Positions 1 through 7,741 of a stretch of 24,669 nt of DNA are shown here, one piece after another; positions within the stretch are counted from its first letter, which is position 1; every line of letters begins with the position of its first letter. Location: positions 1 through 24,669 of IMG/VR virus record IMGVR_UViG_3300017911_001876; one strand, 5' to 3'. The DNA is from a virus. Its lineage: Duplodnaviria; Caudoviricetes. The position numbers were made by a program, and so were the translations under genes. Under the pieces are notes generated by a model that ran no database searches, was not told where the DNA came from, and worked only from the letters and a program-made list of their open reading frames with translations.

Positions 1-687
1 TATAATGAGCCTTTTGCTGTTTACAAATCTGAAAAACATGGTATGTTAAGACATAAGTTTAGCGGTTCAGAAGATATTCAACAAAACTTTTCTGAAGCAT
101 ATCAGGATATGTTTGTCCTATCACTATTAGATGGTAAACGTTATGGGACATATCTTGAGATTGGTGCTGGCAATTCATTCTATGGTAATAATACGGCATT
201 ACTTGAACAACAGTTTGATTGGACAGGCATAGCAATTGATATTGATGAAGGATTTGTAAATGCTCATAATCAAGAGCGCAAGAATCCATGTTATTTAAAA
301 GATGCAACATCAACAAATTATAGTGCTCTGCTTATGGCGAATGGTATAAACGGGATAGTAGACTATCTCCAGGTAGACTGTGATCCTCCTGAGGTATCAT
401 TCAAGGCGCTACTGAACATACCTTTTGAAACTACAAAATTCAGAGTAATTACGTTCGAACATGATGTATATCAAGAGCAAACGAATATGATTCGTGAGAA
501 AGCAAGAATGTATCTTGAATCATATGGATATATACTTGTAGCTGATAATATTTCACCAGATGATAATAGACCATATGAAGATTGGTTTGTGCATCCTGAT
601 TTAATTGACCCAGCGATTCTCAAGAAAATGATGTGTGTAACAGGTAAGGCCAAAATGGCAGAGCGTTATATTTTAGGTGAATTATGA
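1..687 (+). CDS. FkbM-like SAM-dependent methyltransferase domain protein, 5'-truncated by the window edge
   Basis: Frame is open from base 1 (YNEPFAVYKSEKHG then MLRHKF), so the ATG at 43 is probably internal. Motifs YLEIGAG (SAM-binding), IAIDI, VDYLQVDCD and VITFEHD fit the FkbM/Methyltransf_21 type. Confidence 0.7.
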   Translation, partial: YNEPFAVYKSEKHGMLRHKFSGSEDIQQNFSEAYQDMFVLSLLDGKRYGTYLEIGAGNSFYGNNTALLEQQFDWTGIAIDIDEGFVNAHNQERKNPCYLKDATSTNYSALLMANGINGIVDYLQVDCDPPEVSFKALLNIPFETTKFRVITFEHDVYQEQTNMIREKARMYLESYGYILVADNISPDDNRPYEDWFVHPDLIDPAILKKMMCVTGKAKMAERYILGEL

Positions 688-1466
688 TTCCAGTAATTGG
701 TGTTCCAGTAGTCAATAATCCTTATTGGATTCATCGTATGATTACTTCGATTGATTATCCTGTCGAGAACGTAGTAATTATCAATAACAACGGTCGTGGG
801 ATTATTGATGAAGAGCTTGATGCTTTGACTAAGATGTCTCATGACTTTGTACAGAATATTAAGGTCGTTCATATGCCTGCAAATATCGGTGTAGCAGGTG
901 CATGGAATTTAGTTATTAAATGCTATATGATGTCTAAATATTGGGTTATTGTAAATGATGATATTATGTTTAATCCTGGATGTTTAGCAGAGATTGATAA
1001 CGCATTTGAAGATTCAGAAGTCGGTATGGTTCATCCAAATACTGGTGATTTTAATTTAGGCACATGGGATTGTTTTGCTATTCATGAGAATACAGTAAAG
1101 CAATTCGGATTGTTTGATGAAAATACATATCCTGCATATTGTGAGGATGCCGATTATATTATGCGTATGGCCAAGAGAAACGTGAAAAAGGTGATTGGTC
1201 TAAATAATAGATTTAGACATGGTCATGGTGAAGCAGCTGATTATTATAACGAAAATGGTGGTAGTCAAACAAAGAAGAGTGATCCTGAATTACGTAAGAT
1301 TCTAGACGATGCAAATCAAATAAACTTTACATATCTTAACGAAAAGTGGGGTCCACATTGGAGAGGTGTAGCACCAACTGATTTACCTTGGCAAGATCAA
1401 GAGCATCACATTACTGAAACACGATACGACTTAGAATTTGTCAGAAGCAAATATACGGGGTTTTAA
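684..1466 (+). CDS. GT-A fold (family 2-like) glycosyltransferase
   Basis: VVIINN, NIGVAGAWN, IVNDDIMF (DxD-like), and GLFDENTYPAYCEDADY (GT2 FDE...ED motif). ATGA overlap with the upstream gene. Confidence 0.75.
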   Translation: MIPVIGVPVVNNPYWIHRMITSIDYPVENVVIINNNGRGIIDEELDALTKMSHDFVQNIKVVHMPANIGVAGAWNLVIKCYMMSKYWVIVNDDIMFNPGCLAEIDNAFEDSEVGMVHPNTGDFNLGTWDCFAIHENTVKQFGLFDENTYPAYCEDADYIMRMAKRNVKKVIGLNNRFRHGHGEAADYYNENGGSQTKKSDPELRKILDDANQINFTYLNEKWGPHWRGVAPTDLPWQDQEHHITETRYDLEFVRSKYTGF

Positions 1467-2174
1467 ATGGCAAACTGGATTAATTTAGATGAACTAGTTG
1501 AGAATGGTACGACTACGATTCAAGAACAACCAAAAGAAGAAAAGCCTGAGTTTAATTTAAAAATTAATCCGGCATATAAAGAAAGCAAACGAGCTTTTAT
1601 TATTGATAACTTCTATGAAGATCCAGATTCAGTTCGTGCTTATGCATTGCAACAAGAGTTTTTTGACGATGAAGGCTATGTCGGTAAACGTACTCGTACA
1701 CAGCATTTCTTTCCAGGTATCAAAGAGACATTTGAAGATGTAATTGGTGATAAGATTACTGCATGGGAAGAATACGGTATGAATGGCCGTTTTCAGAATA
1801 ACGTAGCTGGTGAAAGATTAGTTTATCATTGTGACCATCAACGTTGGGCTGCTATGATTTATCTGTCACCAAATGCTCCACCTTCTTGTGGCACATCTAC
1901 GTTTATGCATAAAGAAACAAGAATCCATCATAATACTCAGATGACTTGGGGTGATGATGGTACTGGATATAAAGTATTTCCTGGCAAGACGTGGTGTGAT
2001 GGAACGCCTTATGATAAAGTAGATACTTTTGGTAATGTATATAATCGTTGCGTAATTTTTGATGGTGGTGCAATCCATGCCGCGAATGAATATTTCGGCA
2101 GTGAATTAGAAGATAGTCGTTTATGGCATATGTTCTTCTTTGACACTGGTCCATCTCGAGCAAATTGGGAATAG
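1467..2174 (+). CDS. 2OG-Fe(II) oxygenase-like protein (DUF6445-like)
   Basis: IIDNFYEDPDSVRAYAL N-terminal motif, HCD (HxD), AAMIYLSP, NRCVIFDGGAIH (distal His), RLWHMFFF. Confidence 0.7.
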   Translation: MANWINLDELVENGTTTIQEQPKEEKPEFNLKINPAYKESKRAFIIDNFYEDPDSVRAYALQQEFFDDEGYVGKRTRTQHFFPGIKETFEDVIGDKITAWEEYGMNGRFQNNVAGERLVYHCDHQRWAAMIYLSPNAPPSCGTSTFMHKETRIHHNTQMTWGDDGTGYKVFPGKTWCDGTPYDKVDTFGNVYNRCVIFDGGAIHAANEYFGSELEDSRLWHMFFFDTGPSRANWE

Positions 2175-2175
2175 T

Positions 2176-2937
2176 ATGAAAGATAAGATTGTTATTGTAA
2201 GTGGTGGTTTTGATCCGATTCATTCTGGTCATATTGCCATGATCGAGTCGGCTAGTCAGATCGGTCGAGTAGTTTTAGCAGTAAATTCAGATGCATGGTT
2301 GACTCGTAAAAAAGGTCAGCCATTTATGTCTTTCTCTGAACGAATGGCTATTGCTAAAAATATGAAGAATACTATGATGGCTATTGGATTTGACGATAGT
2401 GATGGCTCAGCAAAAGATGCTATTGTTCAGGTACGTAAACTCTTTCCAAAATCACGTATTCTATTTGCAAATGGTGGTGATAGAAATATCGATAATATTC
2501 CTGAAATGGATATTGATGATGATAACGTAGAATTTATTTTTGGTGTAGGTGGTGATTTTAAGGCTAACTCATCGAGCAAAATTTTAGCAGAATGGAAGTC
2601 ACCTAAGACTGAAAGAAGTTGGGGTTATTATAGAGTTTTACATAATGATGGGCCAGAAACAAAGGTCAAAGAATTAACTGTTGCACCTGGACAAAAGTTA
2701 AGTCTACAACGCCATGAATTAAGACAAGAACACTGGATGGTTTCTTATGGAACTGCGACTGTCTTAAAGGGTTATGATCAGACTGGCATATCAAAATATA
2801 TGTTAAATAAACATGAAGAGATTGATATTGGATTTGGTGAATGGCATCAGCTTATTAATGACACAGATGATGAGTTGCGTATTGTAGAAATTCAGTATGG
2901 AAAAAATTGTATTGAAGAAGACATAGAACGTATATAA
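2176..2937 (+). CDS. Cytidylyltransferase-like (HxGH) domain fused to a mannose-6-phosphate isomerase type II C-terminal cupin
   Basis: Start moved to the ATG at 2176, just after the upstream stop. N-terminal SGGFDPIHSGH, VNSDAWLTRKKG, FANGGDR and SSS motifs. C-terminal ERSWGYYRVL...KVKELTVAPGQKLSLQRHELRQEHW...WHQL...IVEIQYG...EEDIER cupin. Confidence 0.8.
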   Translation: MKDKIVIVSGGFDPIHSGHIAMIESASQIGRVVLAVNSDAWLTRKKGQPFMSFSERMAIAKNMKNTMMAIGFDDSDGSAKDAIVQVRKLFPKSRILFANGGDRNIDNIPEMDIDDDNVEFIFGVGGDFKANSSSKILAEWKSPKTERSWGYYRVLHNDGPETKVKELTVAPGQKLSLQRHELRQEHWMVSYGTATVLKGYDQTGISKYMLNKHEEIDIGFGEWHQLINDTDDELRIVEIQYGKNCIEEDIERI

Positions 2938-2940
2938 ATA
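2933..2940 (+). promoter_or_regulatory. T4-type late promoter TATAAATA
   Basis: Exact gp55 consensus overlapping the upstream stop, 24 nt before the ATG at 2965 (GGAG RBS). Confidence 0.8.
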
Positions 2941-2964
2941 ACTAAAAGTTCGATGGAGTTTTAA

Positions 2965-3225
2965 ATGGCAGTTTACGTTTACAATGGCGCAGGTGGCAGC
3001 AATACAGCTACTGTCGGTGATACGGGTAGTTTTACTCAGGGCTCTGGCTCTAGCGCTGTGCCTTTTCTCAGTGAAGGTAAAGTTGTAGGAATGGATCATG
3101 TAGATGATATTAGTGCTAGCTTTACGATTTCAGCTGGCCATAATCATGGTGTATTTGGTCCTATGACTATTGAATCTGGTTATACAGTAACAGTAAGCAC
3201 AGGAGCAACTTTTACAGTAGTATAA
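2965..3225 (+). CDS. Small virion/tail-fibre-associated protein
   Basis: 86 aa, Gly/Ser/Thr-rich. The C-terminus FGPMTIESGYTVTVSTGATFTVV resembles the GP.TI..G.TVTV..G..W/F.VV ending I recall from marine phage fibre proteins. Confidence 0.55.
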   Translation: MAVYVYNGAGGSNTATVGDTGSFTQGSGSSAVPFLSEGKVVGMDHVDDISASFTISAGHNHGVFGPMTIESGYTVTVSTGATFTVV

Positions 3226-3228
3226 ATT

Positions 3229-3480
3229 ATGGCAATGAATGATATATTATTATCCTCTGATTTTGGATTACGTTGGGGTAACTATGCACTAACACCAGAG
3301 GAATTAGCGAATAGAGTTGCAGGCATTGATCTAATTGATGGACTGCTCGTATTTGATGGAATTAAATGGGGTAACACTCGTGACGGCGAAGAATATTTAG
3401 TTGATCAAAATAACGTAAGAAGAAATTTAAGAGATTTATTCGATTTAGACCATGAAAACCAATATGAGTTAGACTTATGA
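3229..3480 (+). CDS. Hypothetical protein
   Basis: 83-aa ORF packed tightly in the operon. Internal repeat GLRWGN / GIKWGN. Confidence 0.6.
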   Translation: MAMNDILLSSDFGLRWGNYALTPEELANRVAGIDLIDGLLVFDGIKWGNTRDGEEYLVDQNNVRRNLRDLFDLDHENQYELDL

Positions 3481-3884
3481 CAGAAGATTATAAATGTAAT
3501 TACAGAGTGATTTTTGACGATCCTGATCATTTGGATGAACCTACAAAGATATTGGTTCCAAGTGATAGATGGATGAAAGAAGCAATGGCAGGTAATTTAC
3601 CACCTATTAATGTTTATTGGGAATTACAAGATGATGAACAAAAAGCAATTGATGAAGGTAGGCATCAGCGCTTTGAACATGATCATGATAAGTTACAAAA
3701 ACAGTATACGGCACCAAGAATTGGGCCTTTAACAGAAGAAGAAGCATTGGAGTATCTCTGTATGAAAGATTTACCACGAAAGGTATGGTCACAAGAGCAT
3801 AACCGTCCTATGTTTAAAATTGTAACGTGTGATCAAGTGCCAACTGATAGAACCTTCAGAAATGCATGGATAATGGTAGCATGA
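3477..3884 (+). CDS. Putative tail fibre assembly/chaperone-like protein (KDLP...PTDRTFRNAW type)
   Basis: ATGA-coupled. Ends in MKDLP...VPTDRTFRNAW, a motif shared with the 4943-5299 protein (IPTERAFREAW). Confidence 0.5.
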   Translation: MTEDYKCNYRVIFDDPDHLDEPTKILVPSDRWMKEAMAGNLPPINVYWELQDDEQKAIDEGRHQRFEHDHDKLQKQYTAPRIGPLTEEEALEYLCMKDLPRKVWSQEHNRPMFKIVTCDQVPTDRTFRNAWIMVA

Positions 3885-4228
3885 GTACTCTTTACGTAGA
3901 TACAATTCAAAATGCATCTGGTAGTACTTATCGCACTGACGGAGCTTGGGTAGAATATGATATGGTACAGGCAGCAATTAATGCTGATGAGAACATATCA
4001 TCTCTATCAGATCAAGGCACAGGAAATCCACAATTTACTCTAGGATTTGCAATGGCTTCTGCCAGTGGTGCTGGATATAATGATTGTGGATTTTATTCAA
4101 ATTTACTTAGGGCCCCCAGCCAAAGTGGTTTGAAAATAAATAGTACTACGACATTTGAAACTTATTGCGGGAGTAATACTACCACTCGGAATGATTGGAG
4201 ATTGGGAAATGCGGCGGTGTTTAGATGA
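3881..4228 (+). CDS. Fibre-tip-like mini-protein, family A paralog 1
   Basis: Likely start is ATG 3881 (ATGA overlap, MSTLYVDTIQ). AWVEY...ISSLSDQGTGNP...YCGSNTTTRNDW is shared with the next two genes. Confidence 0.6.
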   Translation: MSTLYVDTIQNASGSTYRTDGAWVEYDMVQAAINADENISSLSDQGTGNPQFTLGFAMASASGAGYNDCGFYSNLLRAPSQSGLKINSTTTFETYCGSNTTTRNDWRLGNAAVFR

Positions 4229-4885
4229 GTACTATAAGATCTGAAGTATATAAGACTCCAGTAGGAGCACAAAGATATCGTATTAAAGCTTGGGTAGAAT
4301 ATAATATGACAACGCCAGCAATTACTGCTGATGTGGGTGTATCATCTTTAGTAGATCAAGGCACAGGAAATCCATATTTTCAAACTGATGGAGCCTTCGC
4401 AAGTTTAGGTAGTATGTTTAATGAGTGTGGAATTTATAGTGGTACTAATGAGTATGCAGTTCAAACAGGTGGTAGAATTATTGCTAGCAACCAATGGGAA
4501 GTTTATTGCGGGAGTAATACTACCGCTCGGCTTGATTGGCTCAAAGGTTATAGTGGATTAGTGAGTATATAAAATGGGCACTGTAAAAGTTAATAATTTA
4601 ATAGAAAGAACTTCGACGAATGATGCTCCTTTTATGTTTGCAAATGCCTGGGTCAGATTTGATATGAATCCATTGGTTAGTATATTTGACGATAGAGGTG
4701 TTTCTAGTGGGACAGATCAAGGGGTTGGTGAGCCGGAATGGACAACTGATTATACTAGATCAGCTATGAGTGGAACATGTTGGACATTACCCTGTCGTTA
4801 TAGCGATACTAATGAGTATGCATCTCAAAAAGGTGGTCGAATTACAAGTACTTCAACATGGAGAAGCTATTGCGGGAGTAATACT
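3943..4885 (+). repeat. Exact direct-repeat blocks shared among family A paralogs
   Basis: AGCTTGGGTAGAATAT at 3943-3958 and 4287-4302. AGATCAAGGCACAGGAAATCCA at 4009-4030 and 4353-4374. TATTGCGGGAGTAATACT at 4163-4180, 4504-4521 and 4868-4885. TACTAATGAGTATGCA at 4443-4458 and 4807-4822. Confidence 0.85.
4225..4572 (+). CDS. Fibre-tip-like mini-protein, family A paralog 2
   Basis: KAWVEY...VSSLVDQGTGNP...YCGSNTTARLDW. ATGA-coupled. Confidence 0.6.
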   Translation: MSTIRSEVYKTPVGAQRYRIKAWVEYNMTTPAITADVGVSSLVDQGTGNPYFQTDGAFASLGSMFNECGIYSGTNEYAVQTGGRIIASNQWEVYCGSNTTARLDWLKGYSGLVSI

Positions 4886-4939
4886 GACTCTCGAAATGAT
4901 TGGCAAGAAGGTTTTAGCGGGATTACAGGAAAGTTCTAA
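4574..4939 (+). CDS. Fibre-tip-like mini-protein, family A paralog 3
   Basis: NAWVRF...VSSGTDQGVGEP...YCGSNTDSRNDW. Confidence 0.6.
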   Translation: MGTVKVNNLIERTSTNDAPFMFANAWVRFDMNPLVSIFDDRGVSSGTDQGVGEPEWTTDYTRSAMSGTCWTLPCRYSDTNEYASQKGGRITSTSTWRSYCGSNTDSRNDWQEGFSGITGKF

Positions 4940-4942
4940 GAA

Positions 4943-5299
4943 ATGAAAGATACATTTATTAAAATTGGCGGAGCAGATTACAAAACTGCAGATTATACAA
5001 TCCCTACAGAGCGTGCTTTTAGAGAAGCATGGGAAAAAACAGAGGATAATATAATCGGTACAAATATGCAAAAAGCTAAAGACATCTGGCGAGATAAAAT
5101 TCGATTAGCCCGAGAGCCTGAATTAGCGAAGCTAGATGTAGAATTTATGAAAGCACTCGAAAATGGTGCAGATACTTCAGATATTGTTGCTCGTAAAAAT
5201 GTATTAAGAAATGCTGATAAACTTGCAGATATTGAAGCAGCAACTACACCTGAAGAATTAATGGCAGTTCAACCAATCCCAAATGTAACGGTAGAATAA
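4943..5299 (+). CDS. Putative tail fibre assembly chaperone-like protein
   Basis: PTERAFREAW followed by the helical KAKDIWRDKIRLAREPELAKLDVEFMKALE...KNVLRN, a pattern typical of small fibre-associated proteins. Confidence 0.55.
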   Translation: MKDTFIKIGGADYKTADYTIPTERAFREAWEKTEDNIIGTNMQKAKDIWRDKIRLAREPELAKLDVEFMKALENGADTSDIVARKNVLRNADKLADIEAATTPEELMAVQPIPNVTVE

Positions 5300-5649
5300 T
5301 GGCAGTAATTGTTTTAAATGGTGTAGATGGAGTCGTAGATAATACAGATTTCATAGGTCCTCAAGCGAAAGAAGATCTTGTCCATCAGGTGACAACAGCC
5401 AATACTTCTTACCAAAATACTGAGAGTTACCCTATTTGGTTTCATGCAAAGCTAGGTTCCAATGCTAGTTATCAAGTTCAAGTGAGCGCTGATAATTCTA
5501 CATGGAAAGAAATCACAAAATCAGATGGTGGAGCATTCAACTTTATGTGCTTACATGTTCCGCCAGGTTGGTATTTTAGATGTACTGGTGGTGTGTGGGG
5601 AGGTTATGGCGCGTCCAAAGGTGCTAACGGGGATGTAAAAACACAATGA
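5299..5649 (+). CDS. Fibre-tip-like mini-protein, family B paralog 1
   Basis: TAATG-coupled. NTSYQNTESYPI...SDG...HVPPGWYF resembles the TYTN.TG.PI...VP.G fibre C-terminal domain. Confidence 0.55.
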   Translation: MAVIVLNGVDGVVDNTDFIGPQAKEDLVHQVTTANTSYQNTESYPIWFHAKLGSNASYQVQVSADNSTWKEITKSDGGAFNFMCLHVPPGWYFRCTGGVWGGYGASKGANGDVKTQ

Positions 5650-5987
5650 CAGCAACATTAGTTTCAAGTTCAACAGCAGGTGGCAGTTCTATTACAGGTA
5701 TTGATAATAGGAATAGTTATTCCATCAATGCAGTACAACACAATAGTACATCTAGAGTATCTGGCACATGGTATCAAAATACTGAGAGTTTCCCTTATTG
5801 GGCTATGATTGAAATAAACCAAAGTACTAGTTATTATGTTCAGATAAGAGAAGGTACTACAGGTACGGTTAGAACTATATGCGATGGTGATAGTCAGGGC
5901 CCAAACCAAATAGGTGTTATGGTACTACCTGGATATTCTATAATGGCAGTTGGCTGGAGATTGTGGCGCGATCATTATAACCTTTAG
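5646..5987 (+). CDS. Fibre-tip-like mini-protein, family B paralog 2
   Basis: ATGA-coupled. GTWYQNTESFP...DGD...MVLPGYS. Shares the exact 16-mer CAAAATACTGAGAGTT (5413-5428 and 5775-5790) with paralog 1. Confidence 0.55.
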   Translation: MTATLVSSSTAGGSSITGIDNRNSYSINAVQHNSTSRVSGTWYQNTESFPYWAMIEINQSTSYYVQIREGTTGTVRTICDGDSQGPNQIGVMVLPGYSIMAVGWRLWRDHYNL

Positions 5988-5996
5988 GATATTTTA

Positions 5997-6374
5997 ATGG
6001 CTTTTAAAATTATAGGCGATAGTCCAAATATACATGAATTAAACGGTGCACCAAAAACATTTAATTTTGGGGATGCTACTTATGAATGGTACGTTACTAG
6101 CTTAATAGCAAATACTTATTATCAAAATACGACCGGTGCACCAATTATAGTCATAGTAAATATGAATACGGCGTCTCACTATTTCTTTGCTAGCCATACA
6201 AATGTCGGAGCTAATTGGACAACAATTGGTCGCGGTGATGGCCAACAGAATTTTTATATGAGCGCTGTTATACCTCCTGGTAATTGGTGGCATGCTCTTT
6301 CTTATACAGGAGTATCAGGCGGTAATGCATATATATGTGCAAATCAAAGTATATACGGAGCAGGAAAAATATGA
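5997..6374 (+). CDS. Fibre-tip-like mini-protein, family B paralog 3
   Basis: NTYYQNTTGAPII...GDG...AVIPPGNWW. AGGA RBS upstream. Confidence 0.55.
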   Translation: MAFKIIGDSPNIHELNGAPKTFNFGDATYEWYVTSLIANTYYQNTTGAPIIVIVNMNTASHYFFASHTNVGANWTTIGRGDGQQNFYMSAVIPPGNWWHALSYTGVSGGNAYICANQSIYGAGKI

Positions 6375-6745
6375 AACATTTTTATCATCCAGACGCAGGT
6401 TACTGGGTTACACTTACTGATGAGATTCCTCAGTCTATTAGAGATAAATGGCCTGATGGAACACTTGAAGTTACAGAACGTCCTGATCAATTTCATGATT
6501 GGGTTAATAATGATTGGGTTTTAAATACTACTCGTCAAACTGAAGTAATGAGTGTAGATGTAAGAGCAGAAAGAGACGCTATCTTACAGAGAGTAGTAGA
6601 TCCTATCGTCTCAAATACTTTACGTTGGAACGATCTGACTACAGAAAAACAGAATGAATGGACTGCATATAGAACAGCCCTATTGAATATTAGTGATCAA
6701 GAAGGATTTCCGACCAACGTTACTTGGCCAACACAACCAGAATAA
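6371..6745 (+). CDS. Phage tail (fibre) assembly chaperone
   Basis: Start reassigned to ATG 6371 (ATGA overlap). C-terminal VRAERDAIL...EWTAYRTALLNISDQEGFPTNVTWPTQPE is the classic Tfa/tail assembly chaperone ending. Confidence 0.75.
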   Translation: MKHFYHPDAGYWVTLTDEIPQSIRDKWPDGTLEVTERPDQFHDWVNNDWVLNTTRQTEVMSVDVRAERDAILQRVVDPIVSNTLRWNDLTTEKQNEWTAYRTALLNISDQEGFPTNVTWPTQPE

Positions 6746-6757
6746 TAGAGGTCTAAA

Positions 6758-7741
6758 ATGCCAAATGTTCAAATCGGATCAACTTGTGCCTATGGCACCA
6801 GCACTGGTAGTCAATCAGCCGTAGCATCTTTATTTGACGGAATTACTGTTTCTAGCGGAGCTATGACTATCCAAGGCTTACGGATTGATAATTCTGATGG
6901 ATTTAAAATATACGATGAAGACGGAACTGATAGAAGTTCTGAAACGACATCTGGTGGAGATATAACTGAAAATACCCAAGAAGTTGTTGTAAGCGATGGC
7001 GCATTTGGCGTCGCAGACGTTACTATTAGTAGCGGAGTTTATGTTTGGTCAGATAATACCTCCACACCAGCTCTCGATATTCGAGCACCTAATTTAACCG
7101 TGACTAATAATGGCTATATCATTGGTAAAGGCGGCAAAGGTTCAAACGCCAACGGTGGATCCGGGCCAGCAGGAGGACCTGCAATTGAAATAGCTTCTAG
7201 TACAACAGGTGTAACTATTGTAAATAACTCTGGCGCATATATTGCTGGCGGTGGCGGAGGCGGCGCGGCGAGCAGTGGTGGCACTACCAACGGTGGTGCT
7301 GGTGGTGGTGCTGGTGGCGGTGACGGCGGCAATGGCCGATATAGCAGTAACTTTTATAATGGAGGTGCAGGCGGCGCACCAGGTCAATCAGGCGCTAGTT
7401 ACGCACAAGGTAGCTCAGGAGGCGGTGGCGGAGGCGCTGGAGGTGGTGGATCGAAGGGTTCCGTAAATGGAGGTGCTGCTGGTGGCGGGGGTCGAATATT
7501 GCCGGGCACAGGAGGTTCGGGTTATGGCGGCTTCGGTACATACTTTGGTGGGGGTTCTGCAGGTAATGCGGGTCAAAACACTCAATATTCTAACGTCGGC
7601 GGCGGTGGTGGCGGCGGCTGGGGTGCTAATGGTGGTCACGTTGCTGGTTCTACAAATGGTGGTGCTGGTGGTGCCGCTGTTGATGATAATGGCAATAGTT
7701 ACACACTTACAAATAACGGCACAGTTTACGGAACAACTTAA
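6758..7741 (+). CDS. Glycine-rich receptor-binding adhesin, gp38-like (T2/T6/S16 type)
   Basis: TISSGVYVWS...NNGYIIGKGGKG...GGPAI...NNSGAYIAGGGGGG followed by many oligo-Gly motifs separated by variable loops, ending NNGTVYG. GAGGT RBS. Confidence 0.7.
   Translation: MPNVQIGSTCAYGTSTGSQSAVASLFDGITVSSGAMTIQGLRIDNSDGFKIYDEDGTDRSSETTSGGDITENTQEVVVSDGAFGVADVTISSGVYVWSDNTSTPALDIRAPNLTVTNNGYIIGKGGKGSNANGGSGPAGGPAIEIASSTTGVTIVNNSGAYIAGGGGGGAASSGGTTNGGAGGGAGGGDGGNGRYSSNFYNGGAGGAPGQSGASYAQGSSGGGGGGAGGGGSKGSVNGGAAGGGGRILPGTGGSGYGGFGTYFGGGSAGNAGQNTQYSNVGGGGGGGWGANGGHVAGSTNGGAGGAAVDDNGNSYTLTNNGTVYGTT

Noticed and set aside
4163-4885. CRISPR-like array from the thrice-repeated 18-mer
   Set aside because: Copies are ~340-365 nt apart and in frame within paralogous genes, with no spacer-sized intervals.
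3881-4939. Diversity-generating retroelement (template/variable repeats) behind the paralog repeats
   Set aside because: No reverse transcriptase in the window, all copies are coding, the shared blocks are short and the differences are not confined to adenines.
2140-6370. Track start positions 2140 (TTG), 3866 and 6335
   Set aside because: Downstream ATGs at 2176, 3881 and 6371 abut or overlap the upstream stops and fit domain starts better.
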